Made by a program: the position numbers and the translations under genes. Positions 1 to 7,749 of a DNA stretch of 64,000 nucleotides are shown here, in pieces (within the stretch, counting starts at the first letter, position 1; each line of letters opens with the position of its first letter). The notes below the pieces were generated by a model, which was not told the origin of the DNA, did not search any database, and saw only the letters and a list, made by a program, of their open reading frames with translations. Origin of the DNA: an uncultured Candidatus Saccharibacteria bacterium. GTDB taxonomy: Bacteria; Patescibacteriota; Minisyncoccia; Phycocordibacterales; JAKFXT01. Where the stretch lies: NCBI GenBank assembly GCA_964385825.1, contig CAYLPX010000004.1, positions 4,986 through 68,985 of the forward strand. Direction: 5' to 3'.

Positions 1-267
1 CTGGTGCATGATAGTTGAGTGCCACCCGCGCTTTTTAAAATAGCCCTCATACATGTCGTAGAGCATACGAGCGAAGTCCTCCGCATCGTCCCCTCCAGCA
101 CCTGCAAAAAGCGTCATAATGGCTTCTTTACCATCATAGCCAAGACTGGGATTTTTGAGCACTTGGAGTTCTTTAATGAGTTCTTGGGCGCGATTCTTAT
201 CAAGCCAAAAATCGGGGTCACTCATTTGCCCCTCGATTTCCGCTATACGTTCCTCTCGTTCATTCAT
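1..267 (-). CDS. peptide chain release factor (RF1/RF2 family), N-terminal part; the gene continues past the window start
   Basis: Minus-strand translation from the ATG at 265-267 gives MNEREERIAEIEGQMSDPDFW...TLFAGAGGDDAEDFARMLYDMYEGYFKKRGW. This matches the conserved AG(S/T)GG..A..FA..L.RMY block of class-I release factors. There is no stop inside the window, so the ORF track shows only the plus-strand shadow at 19..276. Confidence 0.6.
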   Translation of the reverse strand, partial: MNEREERIAEIEGQMSDPDFWLDKNRAQELIKELQVLKNPSLGYDGKEAIMTLFAGAGGDDAEDFARMLYDMYEGYFKKRGWHSTIMHQ

Positions 268-297
268 AAAGAATAGTATAGCAAAATGAAAATTCTT

Positions 298-373
298 TGG
301 AGCCAGCGACGAGGATCGAACTCATGACCTTTTCGTTACGAGTGAAATGCTCTACCAACTGAGCTACGCTGGC
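298..373 (-). tRNA. tRNA-Thr (anticodon CGU)
   Basis: Reverse complement is GCCAGCG TA GCTC AGTTGGT AGAGC A TTTCA CTCGTAA CGAAA AGGTC ATGAG TTCGATC CTCGT CGCTGGC T CCA. It forms a canonical cloverleaf with a 7-bp acceptor stem, a GTTCGATC T-loop and an encoded CCA. The anticodon loop is CU-CGU-AA. Confidence 0.8.
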
Positions 374-398
374 ACTCCGAATCATTTTTTATGATTCC

Positions 399-667
399 TG
401 GAGCCGAGACCGAGGATCGAACTCGGGACCTCATCCTTCGCTTACACCTCTTCTTTATCTATACAAGAGGGCTAGACTGTATCTTACACTTACACAAAAG
501 TGCCCCTTGTCAGTCGTTCGGGCCCTAATTTTTATTAGTGCCACGGTCTTAACCATTTTTATAGGCCGTTAACCGTTATTCAGGATTCATCAAAGCGTCA
601 CCGCTTTAATGGGCAGGAAGCTGTGCGCCCCACCATGGATGTGCTCTACCAACTGAGCTATCTCGGC
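399..667 (-). tRNA. tRNA-Thr (anticodon GGU) interrupted by a ~193-nt intervening sequence in the anticodon loop
   Basis: The 5' half is GCCGAGA TA GCTC AGTTGGT AGAGC A CATCC AUGGU (revcomp of 632-667). The 3' half is AA GGATG AGGTC CCGAG TTCGATC CTCGG TCTCGGC T CCA (revcomp of 399-438). The two halves give a perfect cloverleaf only if 439-631 is removed. The 5' exon ends in U and the insert ends in G. Confidence 0.7.
439..631 (-). ncRNA. candidate self-splicing (group-I-like) intron inside tRNA-Thr(GGU), inserted after anticodon position 36
   Basis: The intervening sequence contains no ORF. Its boundaries are inferred from the reconstruction of a 7-nt anticodon loop AUGGU|AA. There is a U before the 5' splice site and a G as the last intron nucleotide. 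At ~193 nt it is short for a group I intron, so the class is uncertain. Confidence 0.45.
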
Positions 668-1275
668 ATATTAAATACTTCTAAGAACTTTCTTTCTCCC
701 AACAGATTTACTAGATTATCACGCATTTTCCTATTATGGAAATAGACGATCAAAACGCCATACTGCGTCTTTTTCCTATAAGTCCCAATAGATCTTTGTG
801 GGGTTATAGTTGTTTTATAAAACTGACTCTTGCTAATTTTAAGCTTTTTTGTCCAAAAATCTAGAGCTGCGCCCTCTCCCATATCAGAAAATATTTGCAA
901 GCTAAAATGTAATTGCTTTCTCTTTACTGTAAAAATCTTCTCGAGAAAAAGGATGAATGAAAGTATAAGCTCTGGATCTGTATTACCAAGTCGTACTGAA
1001 GTTTTGTTTGCCTTAGTTCCCTCACCCCAATACAAACCCAAACCCAATCCAAACAATACTGCATCCTCAATTGTTTTTGGTTTCGTGAAATTAAACGGAT
1101 CTCCTTTAGGATTTTTCTTAAGATACACAGCATCACTGATAGAGCGTGTTTTAATAAAATATTTCTCCATCCAATAACTAACTTTGTGCACAGAGCAATT
1201 AAGCTTATTTGCTATTTCCTGTTGGGAAAATTTCTCATTTATATATAATTCAATCAACACTTTTTTATCTATCAT
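658..1275 (-). CDS. HTH + LAGLIDADG-like protein; possible free-standing homing endonuclease. The 3' end overlaps the tRNA 5' exon by 10 nt.
   Basis: It is a 205-aa ORF. The N-terminus (EKFSQQEIANKLNCSVHKVSYWMEKY) is a sigma-70 region-4-like HTH. The central LFGLGLGLYWGEGTK followed by a hydrophobic strand resembles a single LAGLIDADG motif. It lies immediately upstream of the intron-containing tRNA. Confidence 0.4.
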   Translation of the reverse strand: MIDKKVLIELYINEKFSQQEIANKLNCSVHKVSYWMEKYFIKTRSISDAVYLKKNPKGDPFNFTKPKTIEDAVLFGLGLGLYWGEGTKANKTSVRLGNTDPELILSFILFLEKIFTVKRKQLHFSLQIFSDMGEGAALDFWTKKLKISKSQFYKTTITPQRSIGTYRKKTQYGVLIVYFHNRKMRDNLVNLLGERKFLEVFNMPR

Positions 1276-1352
1276 GCTTTAATTATATCAGTATCTATGG
1301 TTGAGTAAACTATTTACAGTATATAACTAATCCACAAACTACATAAACAAAA

Positions 1353-1387
1353 CCCCGCTGTCGCGAAGCGACAGCGGGGTTTTGTTT
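1353..1387. terminator. bidirectional rho-independent terminator
   Basis: Perfect 11-12 bp GC-rich stem CCCCGCTGTCGC-GAAG-CGACAGCGGGG. It is flanked by an A-run upstream and TTTTGTTT downstream. Confidence 0.75.
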
Positions 1388-1392
1388 ATAAA

Positions 1393-1635
1393 TTACTGAA
1401 CTTCGCAGTTCTTGCAGTTACCACAATTGCAGTTACACCCACCCCTGTGCCCACCTCGGCACCAACCCATAGAACATCCTACGCAATGCCCTTTTTTAAA
1501 GAGTGCACTAACACCGAGTAAGATAATAATAGATGGCCAAATAATGTCCCAGCTCACAAACGCCGTGAATCCAAGAGCCTTAGCGAGAAAAATTACACCA
1601 ATAAGAATAATAAGAAGTCCTCCAAACATAAACAA
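1393..1635 (-). CDS. small membrane protein with a Cys/Gly-rich C-terminal tail
   Basis: 80 aa with two predicted TM helices followed by CVGCSMGWCRGGHRGGCNCNCGNCKNC. Confidence 0.5.
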   Translation of the reverse strand: MFMFGGLLIILIGVIFLAKALGFTAFVSWDIIWPSIIILLGVSALFKKGHCVGCSMGWCRGGHRGGCNCNCGNCKNCEVQ

Positions 1636-1676
1636 AGTGTTACCTAAATAATATACCTATTATACGATGAAGCTTC

Positions 1677-2222
1677 CTATTTCAAAGTTTCCTGTAAGTA
1701 GGTGAACATAGTACTTGCGTCCGAAACCTCGAAAGGATCTTCTTCACAATTATCAGAAAACTGGTCCTCCACAAACATCTTCTTGATAACCCCATCATCT
1801 ACAAACATAGAGTACCTCCATGAACGTTCACCGAATCCAAGATTCTCTTTCTTCACCAGCATACCCATCTTACGAGTAAACTCACCGTTACCATCTGGTA
1901 ACATAAAAACTTTTTTGATCCCCAAATCATCGGCCCACTTTTTCATCACAAAAGCATCGTTAACCGAAAGACAAATGACTTCGTCCACACCAAGCTTTTT
2001 CATATCATCATAGTGGGCTTCGTATCCTGGGGCATGAGTTGAGGAGCAGGTTGGTGTGAAAGCGCCAGGGAGCGCAAAAAGAACGATTTTCTTGCCCTTA
2101 AAAATATCATCGGTAGTTTTGTCTTGCCAGCGGTAGGGGTTTGGACCTCCAACTGACTCGTCCCTTACACGAGTCTTAAATATAACATCAGGAACTTTCT
2201 GATTTACGAGTGTATGTGCCAT
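1677..2222 (-). CDS. peroxiredoxin (Prx5-like thiol peroxidase)
   Basis: LFALPGAFTPTCS peroxidatic-Cys motif, plus a resolving-region fold of ~180 aa. Confidence 0.8.
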   Translation of the reverse strand: MAHTLVNQKVPDVIFKTRVRDESVGGPNPYRWQDKTTDDIFKGKKIVLFALPGAFTPTCSSTHAPGYEAHYDDMKKLGVDEVICLSVNDAFVMKKWADDLGIKKVFMLPDGNGEFTRKMGMLVKKENLGFGERSWRYSMFVDDGVIKKMFVEDQFSDNCEEDPFEVSDASTMFTYLQETLK

Positions 2223-2285
2223 AGTTTTTTTAATTAATTTTTGTACCTAGAGTAAAACACAGAGAAACTTAAAGGGCAACTTATT

Positions 2286-2747
2286 TTAATCTATCCCCTT
2301 ATAACGAGTGAACTTACCCGCATAAATACCACCTGTTAAAACAATAGTGTCATTATCTATCACCATAAAAGCTTCATTACTTGAACCGCCCGACTTGTCA
2401 CAGACCACATGTAGTGTAGTAGAACTCAGGCTCCATGAACAATTACTGAATTCCGGCCTAGAATGGAGCCAAGAGTTAAACGCATGTCCCCCCTTACCAC
2501 TTTCAAAACTAATCTCCACCACTGTAGTGGGTACACAATCAGGATTGTGACCAGCTTTACAAGCAGGATCGTCGTTAGGAATTGTCATTTGCCAATTCCC
2601 GAGTAAATCTTGATCGGTGAATACCTTTGCACTGTGCATACGTTGTCCCCCTACATACTGTAATAACACATGCCCTACACCGAGTAACAAGAAAAGCGCA
2701 CCAAGACCGAGTAGTAGTTTAGCTTTACTTTGAGGGGTCGTAAACAT
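2286..2747 (-). CDS. hypothetical secreted/membrane-anchored protein
   Basis: N-terminal hydrophobic anchor and several Cys. No recognisable motif. Confidence 0.4.
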   Translation of the reverse strand: MFTTPQSKAKLLLGLGALFLLLGVGHVLLQYVGGQRMHSAKVFTDQDLLGNWQMTIPNDDPACKAGHNPDCVPTTVVEISFESGKGGHAFNSWLHSRPEFSNCSWSLSSTTLHVVCDKSGGSSNEAFMVIDNDTIVLTGGIYAGKFTRYKGID

Positions 2748-2777
2748 AGTACTAAAAATTATTTTATCGCATCAATA

Positions 2778-3305
2778 CTAGAGAAAACTAATTGACTTCA
2801 AATCCTCTGTTCTTTGTTTTGCTGACCTCCCCATACACCCAGCAATAATCATAGGTTGAGCTGATCCCCCCTCCCAGTTACGACCTTCAGCAGCGCATTG
2901 CTTTTCTCTATAGTTAGACCACGCCTGTTGTGAATCAAGTAATACCTTGATGTAGGTAGTTTTGAAACGACGGTATTCAGCGGAGGGGTCGTACCCATCT
3001 TTATCATTTTTCTTTGCCACTTCTTTAGCTTTTTCTAGTGTCGCAAGCATTATTTCTTCTTCCTTTGCTGCGTGTCGCACCGCACACTCATTAAGTTCAC
3101 CCTGCGTTACACCACAGTCATCATCAACGGTTGAAGTTACCGCCTTCGTTCCAGACAGCCCAGAAAGTAACTCGTTCTCCTTAGTAAGCGCTTGTATCTC
3201 CTCGTATCGAACTCCAATATAAAAAGTGAGAGCAGGTATAGCACCCACAAAAAGAAGGATGGCTCCTAGCTTTGAATACCATGTTACTTCGTGCCATTTG
3301 ATCAT
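2778..3305 (-). CDS. membrane-anchored DUF1311 (LprI-like, lysozyme-inhibitor-type) domain protein
   Basis: ELNECAVRHAAKEEEIM...YIKVLLDSQQAWSNYREKQCAAEG fits the DUF1311 pattern. The start is placed at MIKWHEV (3305), because the longer ORF would run across the island att repeat. Confidence 0.5.
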   Translation of the reverse strand: MIKWHEVTWYSKLGAILLFVGAIPALTFYIGVRYEEIQALTKENELLSGLSGTKAVTSTVDDDCGVTQGELNECAVRHAAKEEEIMLATLEKAKEVAKKNDKDGYDPSAEYRRFKTTYIKVLLDSQQAWSNYREKQCAAEGRNWEGGSAQPMIIAGCMGRSAKQRTEDLKSISFL

Positions 3306-3337
3306 GCACAAATAATAACATGGTTCTTTGTTGATTT

Positions 3338-3358
3338 TGCGCGGCTGACCGGACTTGA
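3338..3358 (+). repeat. attL-like 21-bp direct repeat (copy of the tRNA-Asp 3' end) at the left end of island 1
   Basis: TGCGCGGCTGACCGGACTTGA is identical to 12685-12705, which overlaps the 3' end of tRNA-Asp. Confidence 0.8.
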
Positions 3359-3620
3359 GGGTCAAGTTTCTAAGCTCGTAGACTCGCTAAGAACTTCCTC
3401 CCCGGGCTCGCCGTCGCTTTGCGACATGGCTCCGCCTGTTCAAGTCCGGACGAAAATGAAGCAGTTCATTTTCTTCAGCCGCGCAAGCAAAAATCCCCTT
3501 TCGGGGATTTGCTTGCGCGGACTAGTGGATGATGTTAGAACTGGATTTGAGAGTAGAAATGACGCTACAATCTACATTCCAAACTTCAAATCACTAGAGT
3601 TATCATAATTAAACTCTATT

Positions 3621-4022
3621 TTAACTTTGAAAGTTAACCTCAAATGGATACATACCCATTCCACAAGTTCCTTGAAGTATGCCGAGTTTTTGATTTCCTA
3701 AATCTATATCAGTTGAGCCAGAGTTAGGGAGAGCTTTCGTGATATTCATACTTGGAATACGGATTGATGATGAGCAGTCAAAAGTTCCATTCGTATCAAA
3801 CCGTAAAACAGTTGGTATGTTTGCTTTTGCAACGCTTACTCTTGGCGTATAACCACCCTTTGCTTTGATTTCAATGATTTGTTTTCCATCTACAATACTT
3901 ACATTCTGCACATTTCCAGCTTCTTGTGTTGTATTTTGAGTTGTCGTGCCACCACCTTTAGTGAGCAGAATACCTCCTCCAATAAATACTCCTGCGATGA
4001 TAATAGCTATGGTTGTTTTCAT
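3621..4022 (-). CDS. secreted cupredoxin-like (putative copper-binding) protein
   Basis: Signal/TM MKTTIAIIIAGVF, then a beta-rich domain with the Cys/Met cluster GTCGMGMYPF. It is the last gene of the cop operon. Confidence 0.4.
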   Translation of the reverse strand: MKTTIAIIIAGVFIGGGILLTKGGGTTTQNTTQEAGNVQNVSIVDGKQIIEIKAKGGYTPRVSVAKANIPTVLRFDTNGTFDCSSSIRIPSMNITKALPNSGSTDIDLGNQKLGILQGTCGMGMYPFEVNFQS

Positions 4023-4035
4023 AAATGTAATTATA

Positions 4036-5055
4036 CTAAAAATTAAATACTGGCGGTATAGCTCCAATAACAACCAGTGCGTTAACAAGATTAAACAGTG
4101 CAAATAATATCACAATAAGTCCTGCGGATTTGAAAAATACGCCAGACTTTTTGCTATTTTGGATACTAAATGAACTAAAACTAATAAGGGCAAGTACTGG
4201 TAATGTGCCTAGAGCAAATGAGAGCATTGTAAGACCGCCTTTCAAAAAACTACCTGTAGTGAGAGTGTAGAGTTGCATTGACTGGGTAAACCCACAGGGC
4301 AAGAAGAATGTCCCAATGCCAACCAACAGGGGTGTTAGTGTGTGGTTCAAGTTTGAAATACTGTGAGCACGCTTTGAAATAAACTTTGGCATTGATGGTT
4401 GTAATTGTTTTGCCCAAGGAAATACATCAAGCAAGTTGATACCAAGTATAATCATTACAACTGCGATAATAAGACCGAGTATAAATGTTCCTGTTGTGCC
4501 AAGTGTAAACGCAGAGCCAATCGCACCTATAACACCCCCAAGAATGAAAAAGGCGACAATACGCCCTCCGTGAAACATAAGCTGTGGTTTTATTTTGTCT
4601 CCCTCTTTAGCAAATGTTGCAGACATAGAAAGAACTAATCCTCCTACAACCGCCATACAAGTAGAAAGTGAGGCAATGATACCTACAAAGAATGCCGTGC
4701 CATAAGTTACATTACCACCACCAACAAGATTGACGATGCCAAGTTTTTGTAGAAGCACAAACAAGAACGCAAAACCCACCGCAATGGGTATCGCAATTTT
4801 GAAATCAGACCACCTCTTTTGAATTAAATGCTTCTCAACTGATATTGTATATCCGTTATCTTTAACAAGCATAGTAAGTTCTTCTGCAATTTCTATGTCT
4901 GTTTTGTCTCCAAAATCACCAACAATTTCTACTGAATGATTTTTGAGTTTTGATATAACTTTACTTACATTCGGCAAGTCGCCAATTTTACTCTCTGTCA
5001 GAATGACGCAAGCGTTACAATGCATACCGTGAATGTGAAATGTATATGTTTTCAT
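4036..5055 (-). CDS. HMA-domain fused to a DsbD_2/CcdA-like polytopic membrane protein
   Basis: N-terminal GMHCNAC metal-binding motif, then ~8 TM segments carrying STCMAV and FLPCGF Cys motifs. Confidence 0.55.
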   Translation of the reverse strand: MKTYTFHIHGMHCNACVILTESKIGDLPNVSKVISKLKNHSVEIVGDFGDKTDIEIAEELTMLVKDNGYTISVEKHLIQKRWSDFKIAIPIAVGFAFLFVLLQKLGIVNLVGGGNVTYGTAFFVGIIASLSTCMAVVGGLVLSMSATFAKEGDKIKPQLMFHGGRIVAFFILGGVIGAIGSAFTLGTTGTFILGLIIAVVMIILGINLLDVFPWAKQLQPSMPKFISKRAHSISNLNHTLTPLLVGIGTFFLPCGFTQSMQLYTLTTGSFLKGGLTMLSFALGTLPVLALISFSSFSIQNSKKSGVFFKSAGLIVILFALFNLVNALVVIGAIPPVFNF

Positions 5056-5057
5056 AA

Positions 5058-7349
5058 TTACAGTTTCATATTTTTAATTCGCAATGAGTTTACAACGACC
5101 GTTACACTCTCAAACGCCATAATTGCTCCTGCTATGGCAGGACTTAATGTCCAGCCAAAGAAAGGAAAGAGTATGCCACCTGCTATCGGTATACCTACAG
5201 AGTTGTATCCGAAGGACCAGATAAGGTTCTGCCAGATTGTTTTATTCGTTCTCTGTGCAAGGTGTATAGCTTCGGCGACTTTTACAATATCGCCCTTTAA
5301 TATAACAATGTCGGAACTTTCAATGGCAATGTCCGAGCCATCACTCATAGATATAGCTACATCGGCTTGAGCAAGTGCGGGGGCATCATTTACACCATCA
5401 CCAACCATCGCTACTTTGAGACCTTTCTTCTGCAATTCTTTTACAATGTTCAACTTATCTTCTGGTTTTACATCAGAATACACTTCGTCTATACCTAGAC
5501 CCTTGGCGATTGCCTCACTTGTCGCTTTATGGTCGCCAGTTGCCATCACTACTTTTAATCCCAGCCCTTTTAGTTTAGTGATTTCATCTTTTGCCTCTGA
5601 TTTTATTGTGTCGTGTATTTTAATCAAAGAAAGAACTTCATTATCATCAGCGAGATAAAGTTCACGACCGCTTTCAAAACGAGTGTCATCGAAATCTTTT
5701 TTTACGGTTTCCTCAGATTGTTTGAGTACACTTGCAATATAGGCACGAGAGCCGAGATAGTATTTTTTGCTTTGATATATTGCAGTTACTCCCTTACCAG
5801 CAATTTCACTCAAATCATTAATAGGGAGTGGGGAGATATTATTTTCTTTGAGCCATAGTGCGACACTTTCGGATACTGGATGTTTGGAAGATTTCGTAAT
5901 TGCATAAATAAGTGATTGATTAAATGAAATATGCTCTGGTTCACAAATATGATTTTTATCCCTACAATACACACCCTCAATAGCGAGTTTATTGTGAGTA
6001 AGAGTGCCTGTTTTATCAAATACAATCGCAGTAACTTTTGCAAGCTTTTCCAAGCTCTCTGCATTTTTAATGAGTATTCCTCTCTCTGCTCCACGTCCTA
6101 CGCCTGTAATGATAGCTGTTGGAGTAGCGAGCCCTAGCGAACACGGACACGCAATAACAAGCACCGCCATTGTCGTAGAAATTGCATAAGCAAATGCTTT
6201 AGTAAGCCCTAAACTGGCAGGTCCAAATATCATCCAAGAGGCGAAAGTAAGTATTGCAATTCCAATTACTACATACACAAACACTCCCGATATTCTATCT
6301 GCTGTACGTTCAATCGGAGCTTTTGAGTTTTGTGCGTTTTCAACGATTGAAATTATATGAGCAAGTGCAGTATCTTTCGGGTCTTTAGTTACTTTGATAT
6401 GCAATATACCTTGAAAGTTTTGCGTGCCTGCAAAAACAGTATCATTTACTCCTTTATCTACGGGAATTGCTTCACCTGTGAGCGTTGCTTCATCAATTGA
6501 ACTTGAACCCTCTATGACTATGCCATCAAGTGGTATGCGTTCATTTGGTTTTACAATTACAACGTCCCCGATGTTCACCTTTTCAACAGGAACTTCAATT
6601 TCTTTACCATCACGAACAACCAGTGCTGTTTTACTAGCAAGTCCTGCAAGTTTTTGTAATGCTTCGTTGGTTTTTTTCTTTGCTTTTGCTTCAAGGTGTT
6701 GCCCGAATGCAATCAAACCTATAACAACAATCACGACATCGTAAAAGTTAGAAGTAGTATTTATGTAGGGTGCGAGCACTTTATCAAAAGCAGTGATAAT
6801 AAATGAATATATAAAAGCAACGATAGTTGAAATACCAACTAAGGTATCCATATTTGCTGTGCGAGTTTTCAAGAATATCCAAACAGCCCTTATATATTTT
6901 CTGCCGATACCAAACAGTATAAAAGTGGCAAAGATGGGCATTAAATGGTGAAAAACCTCATACACATTTTCAGACATAGCCCCAATAACATTATTATCAG
7001 CTAGAACCTGCCAGAGCATCATAATGAATGAAAAACCAACCATTGGTAGCACAAACTTCATCTCAAGACCCATATCTTTTTGTTCGTTTTCGGCCATCAT
7101 TTTCATATGGTCGTGCACATCACTTCCATCTATTTTTTTATCGGTATCTTCAAGGGTATAGCCAAATGGAGAAATAACACTACTTAGTGTTTTTGTATCA
7201 ATCTGGTTATTTTCAAAATTAATAACCGCTTTTTCTTGAGCTAATTTTACCGATACAGTGCTAACCCCTGCAACCTTCTTAAGTTTATCTTCTATAAGCA
7301 CGACACAACTCGCACAGTGCATACCTTTTACTTTGTATATATGTTCCAT
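5058..7349 (-). CDS. copA: copper-translocating P1B-type ATPase
   Basis: GMHCASC HMA motif, CPC in TM6, DKTGTLT phosphorylation site, GDGVNDAP hinge. 763 aa. Confidence 0.9.
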   Translation of the reverse strand: MEHIYKVKGMHCASCVVLIEDKLKKVAGVSTVSVKLAQEKAVINFENNQIDTKTLSSVISPFGYTLEDTDKKIDGSDVHDHMKMMAENEQKDMGLEMKFVLPMVGFSFIMMLWQVLADNNVIGAMSENVYEVFHHLMPIFATFILFGIGRKYIRAVWIFLKTRTANMDTLVGISTIVAFIYSFIITAFDKVLAPYINTTSNFYDVVIVVIGLIAFGQHLEAKAKKKTNEALQKLAGLASKTALVVRDGKEIEVPVEKVNIGDVVIVKPNERIPLDGIVIEGSSSIDEATLTGEAIPVDKGVNDTVFAGTQNFQGILHIKVTKDPKDTALAHIISIVENAQNSKAPIERTADRISGVFVYVVIGIAILTFASWMIFGPASLGLTKAFAYAISTTMAVLVIACPCSLGLATPTAIITGVGRGAERGILIKNAESLEKLAKVTAIVFDKTGTLTHNKLAIEGVYCRDKNHICEPEHISFNQSLIYAITKSSKHPVSESVALWLKENNISPLPINDLSEIAGKGVTAIYQSKKYYLGSRAYIASVLKQSEETVKKDFDDTRFESGRELYLADDNEVLSLIKIHDTIKSEAKDEITKLKGLGLKVVMATGDHKATSEAIAKGLGIDEVYSDVKPEDKLNIVKELQKKGLKVAMVGDGVNDAPALAQADVAISMSDGSDIAIESSDIVILKGDIVKVAEAIHLAQRTNKTIWQNLIWSFGYNSVGIPIAGGILFPFFGWTLSPAIAGAIMAFESVTVVVNSLRIKNMKL

Positions 7350-7353
7350 AGAA

Positions 7354-7629
7354 TTATTTTCGCTTAAGCTTATACACTTTTAATACTTCTTCTTTTGCTT
7401 TACCGACCTGCCCAGAAGACATCTGATGATGCACACAATGACTCAGATGGTTTTCAAGAAGAGCATCCTCAATACTTGAAAGACCTTGCTTTACTGCAGA
7501 GGTTTGAGTTATGACATCTATGCAATAGGTATCATTCTCAATTAATTTTTGTAACCCTCTTACTTGACCTTCAATCAGCTTAAGACGGCGAGTCATTTTT
7601 GCTTTATCTTTTTTGTCCATATATTTCAT
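7354..7629 (-). CDS. csoR: CsoR/RcnR-family copper-sensing repressor
   Basis: 91 aa with the Cys/His/Cys W-X-Y-Z signature (C...HCVHH). It lies directly upstream of copA. Confidence 0.8.
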   Translation of the reverse strand: MKYMDKKDKAKMTRRLKLIEGQVRGLQKLIENDTYCIDVITQTSAVKQGLSSIEDALLENHLSHCVHHQMSSGQVGKAKEEVLKVYKLKRK

Positions 7630-7641
7630 ACGGACAAGTTT

Positions 7642-7659
7642 ATACCCCTAGGGGGTATA
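7642..7659. promoter_or_regulatory. candidate CsoR operator (GC-tract palindrome)
   Basis: ATACCCC-TAG-GGGGTAT is a 7-bp inverted repeat of the TACCC..GGGTA type bound by CsoR repressors. It sits 15 nt upstream of the csoR start, in the divergent intergenic region. Confidence 0.6.
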
Positions 7660-7749
7660 TGTCAAAAATCACTTTAAGAATAACAGAAGCGATGATTTTT
7701 TTGTTATAAAAATGCTAAAATGACTAGGTTTTTATGAATTACTATTACT

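Noticed and set aside
19-276. Plus-strand 85-aa ORF at the window start
   Set aside because: It is the antisense shadow of the minus-strand release-factor gene, whose translation carries the conserved RF motif.
3291-3608. Plus-strand 105-aa ORF
   Set aside because: It spans the attL repeat, an inverted tRNA fragment and a long hairpin. No coding-like composition. It is an intergenic region of the island end.
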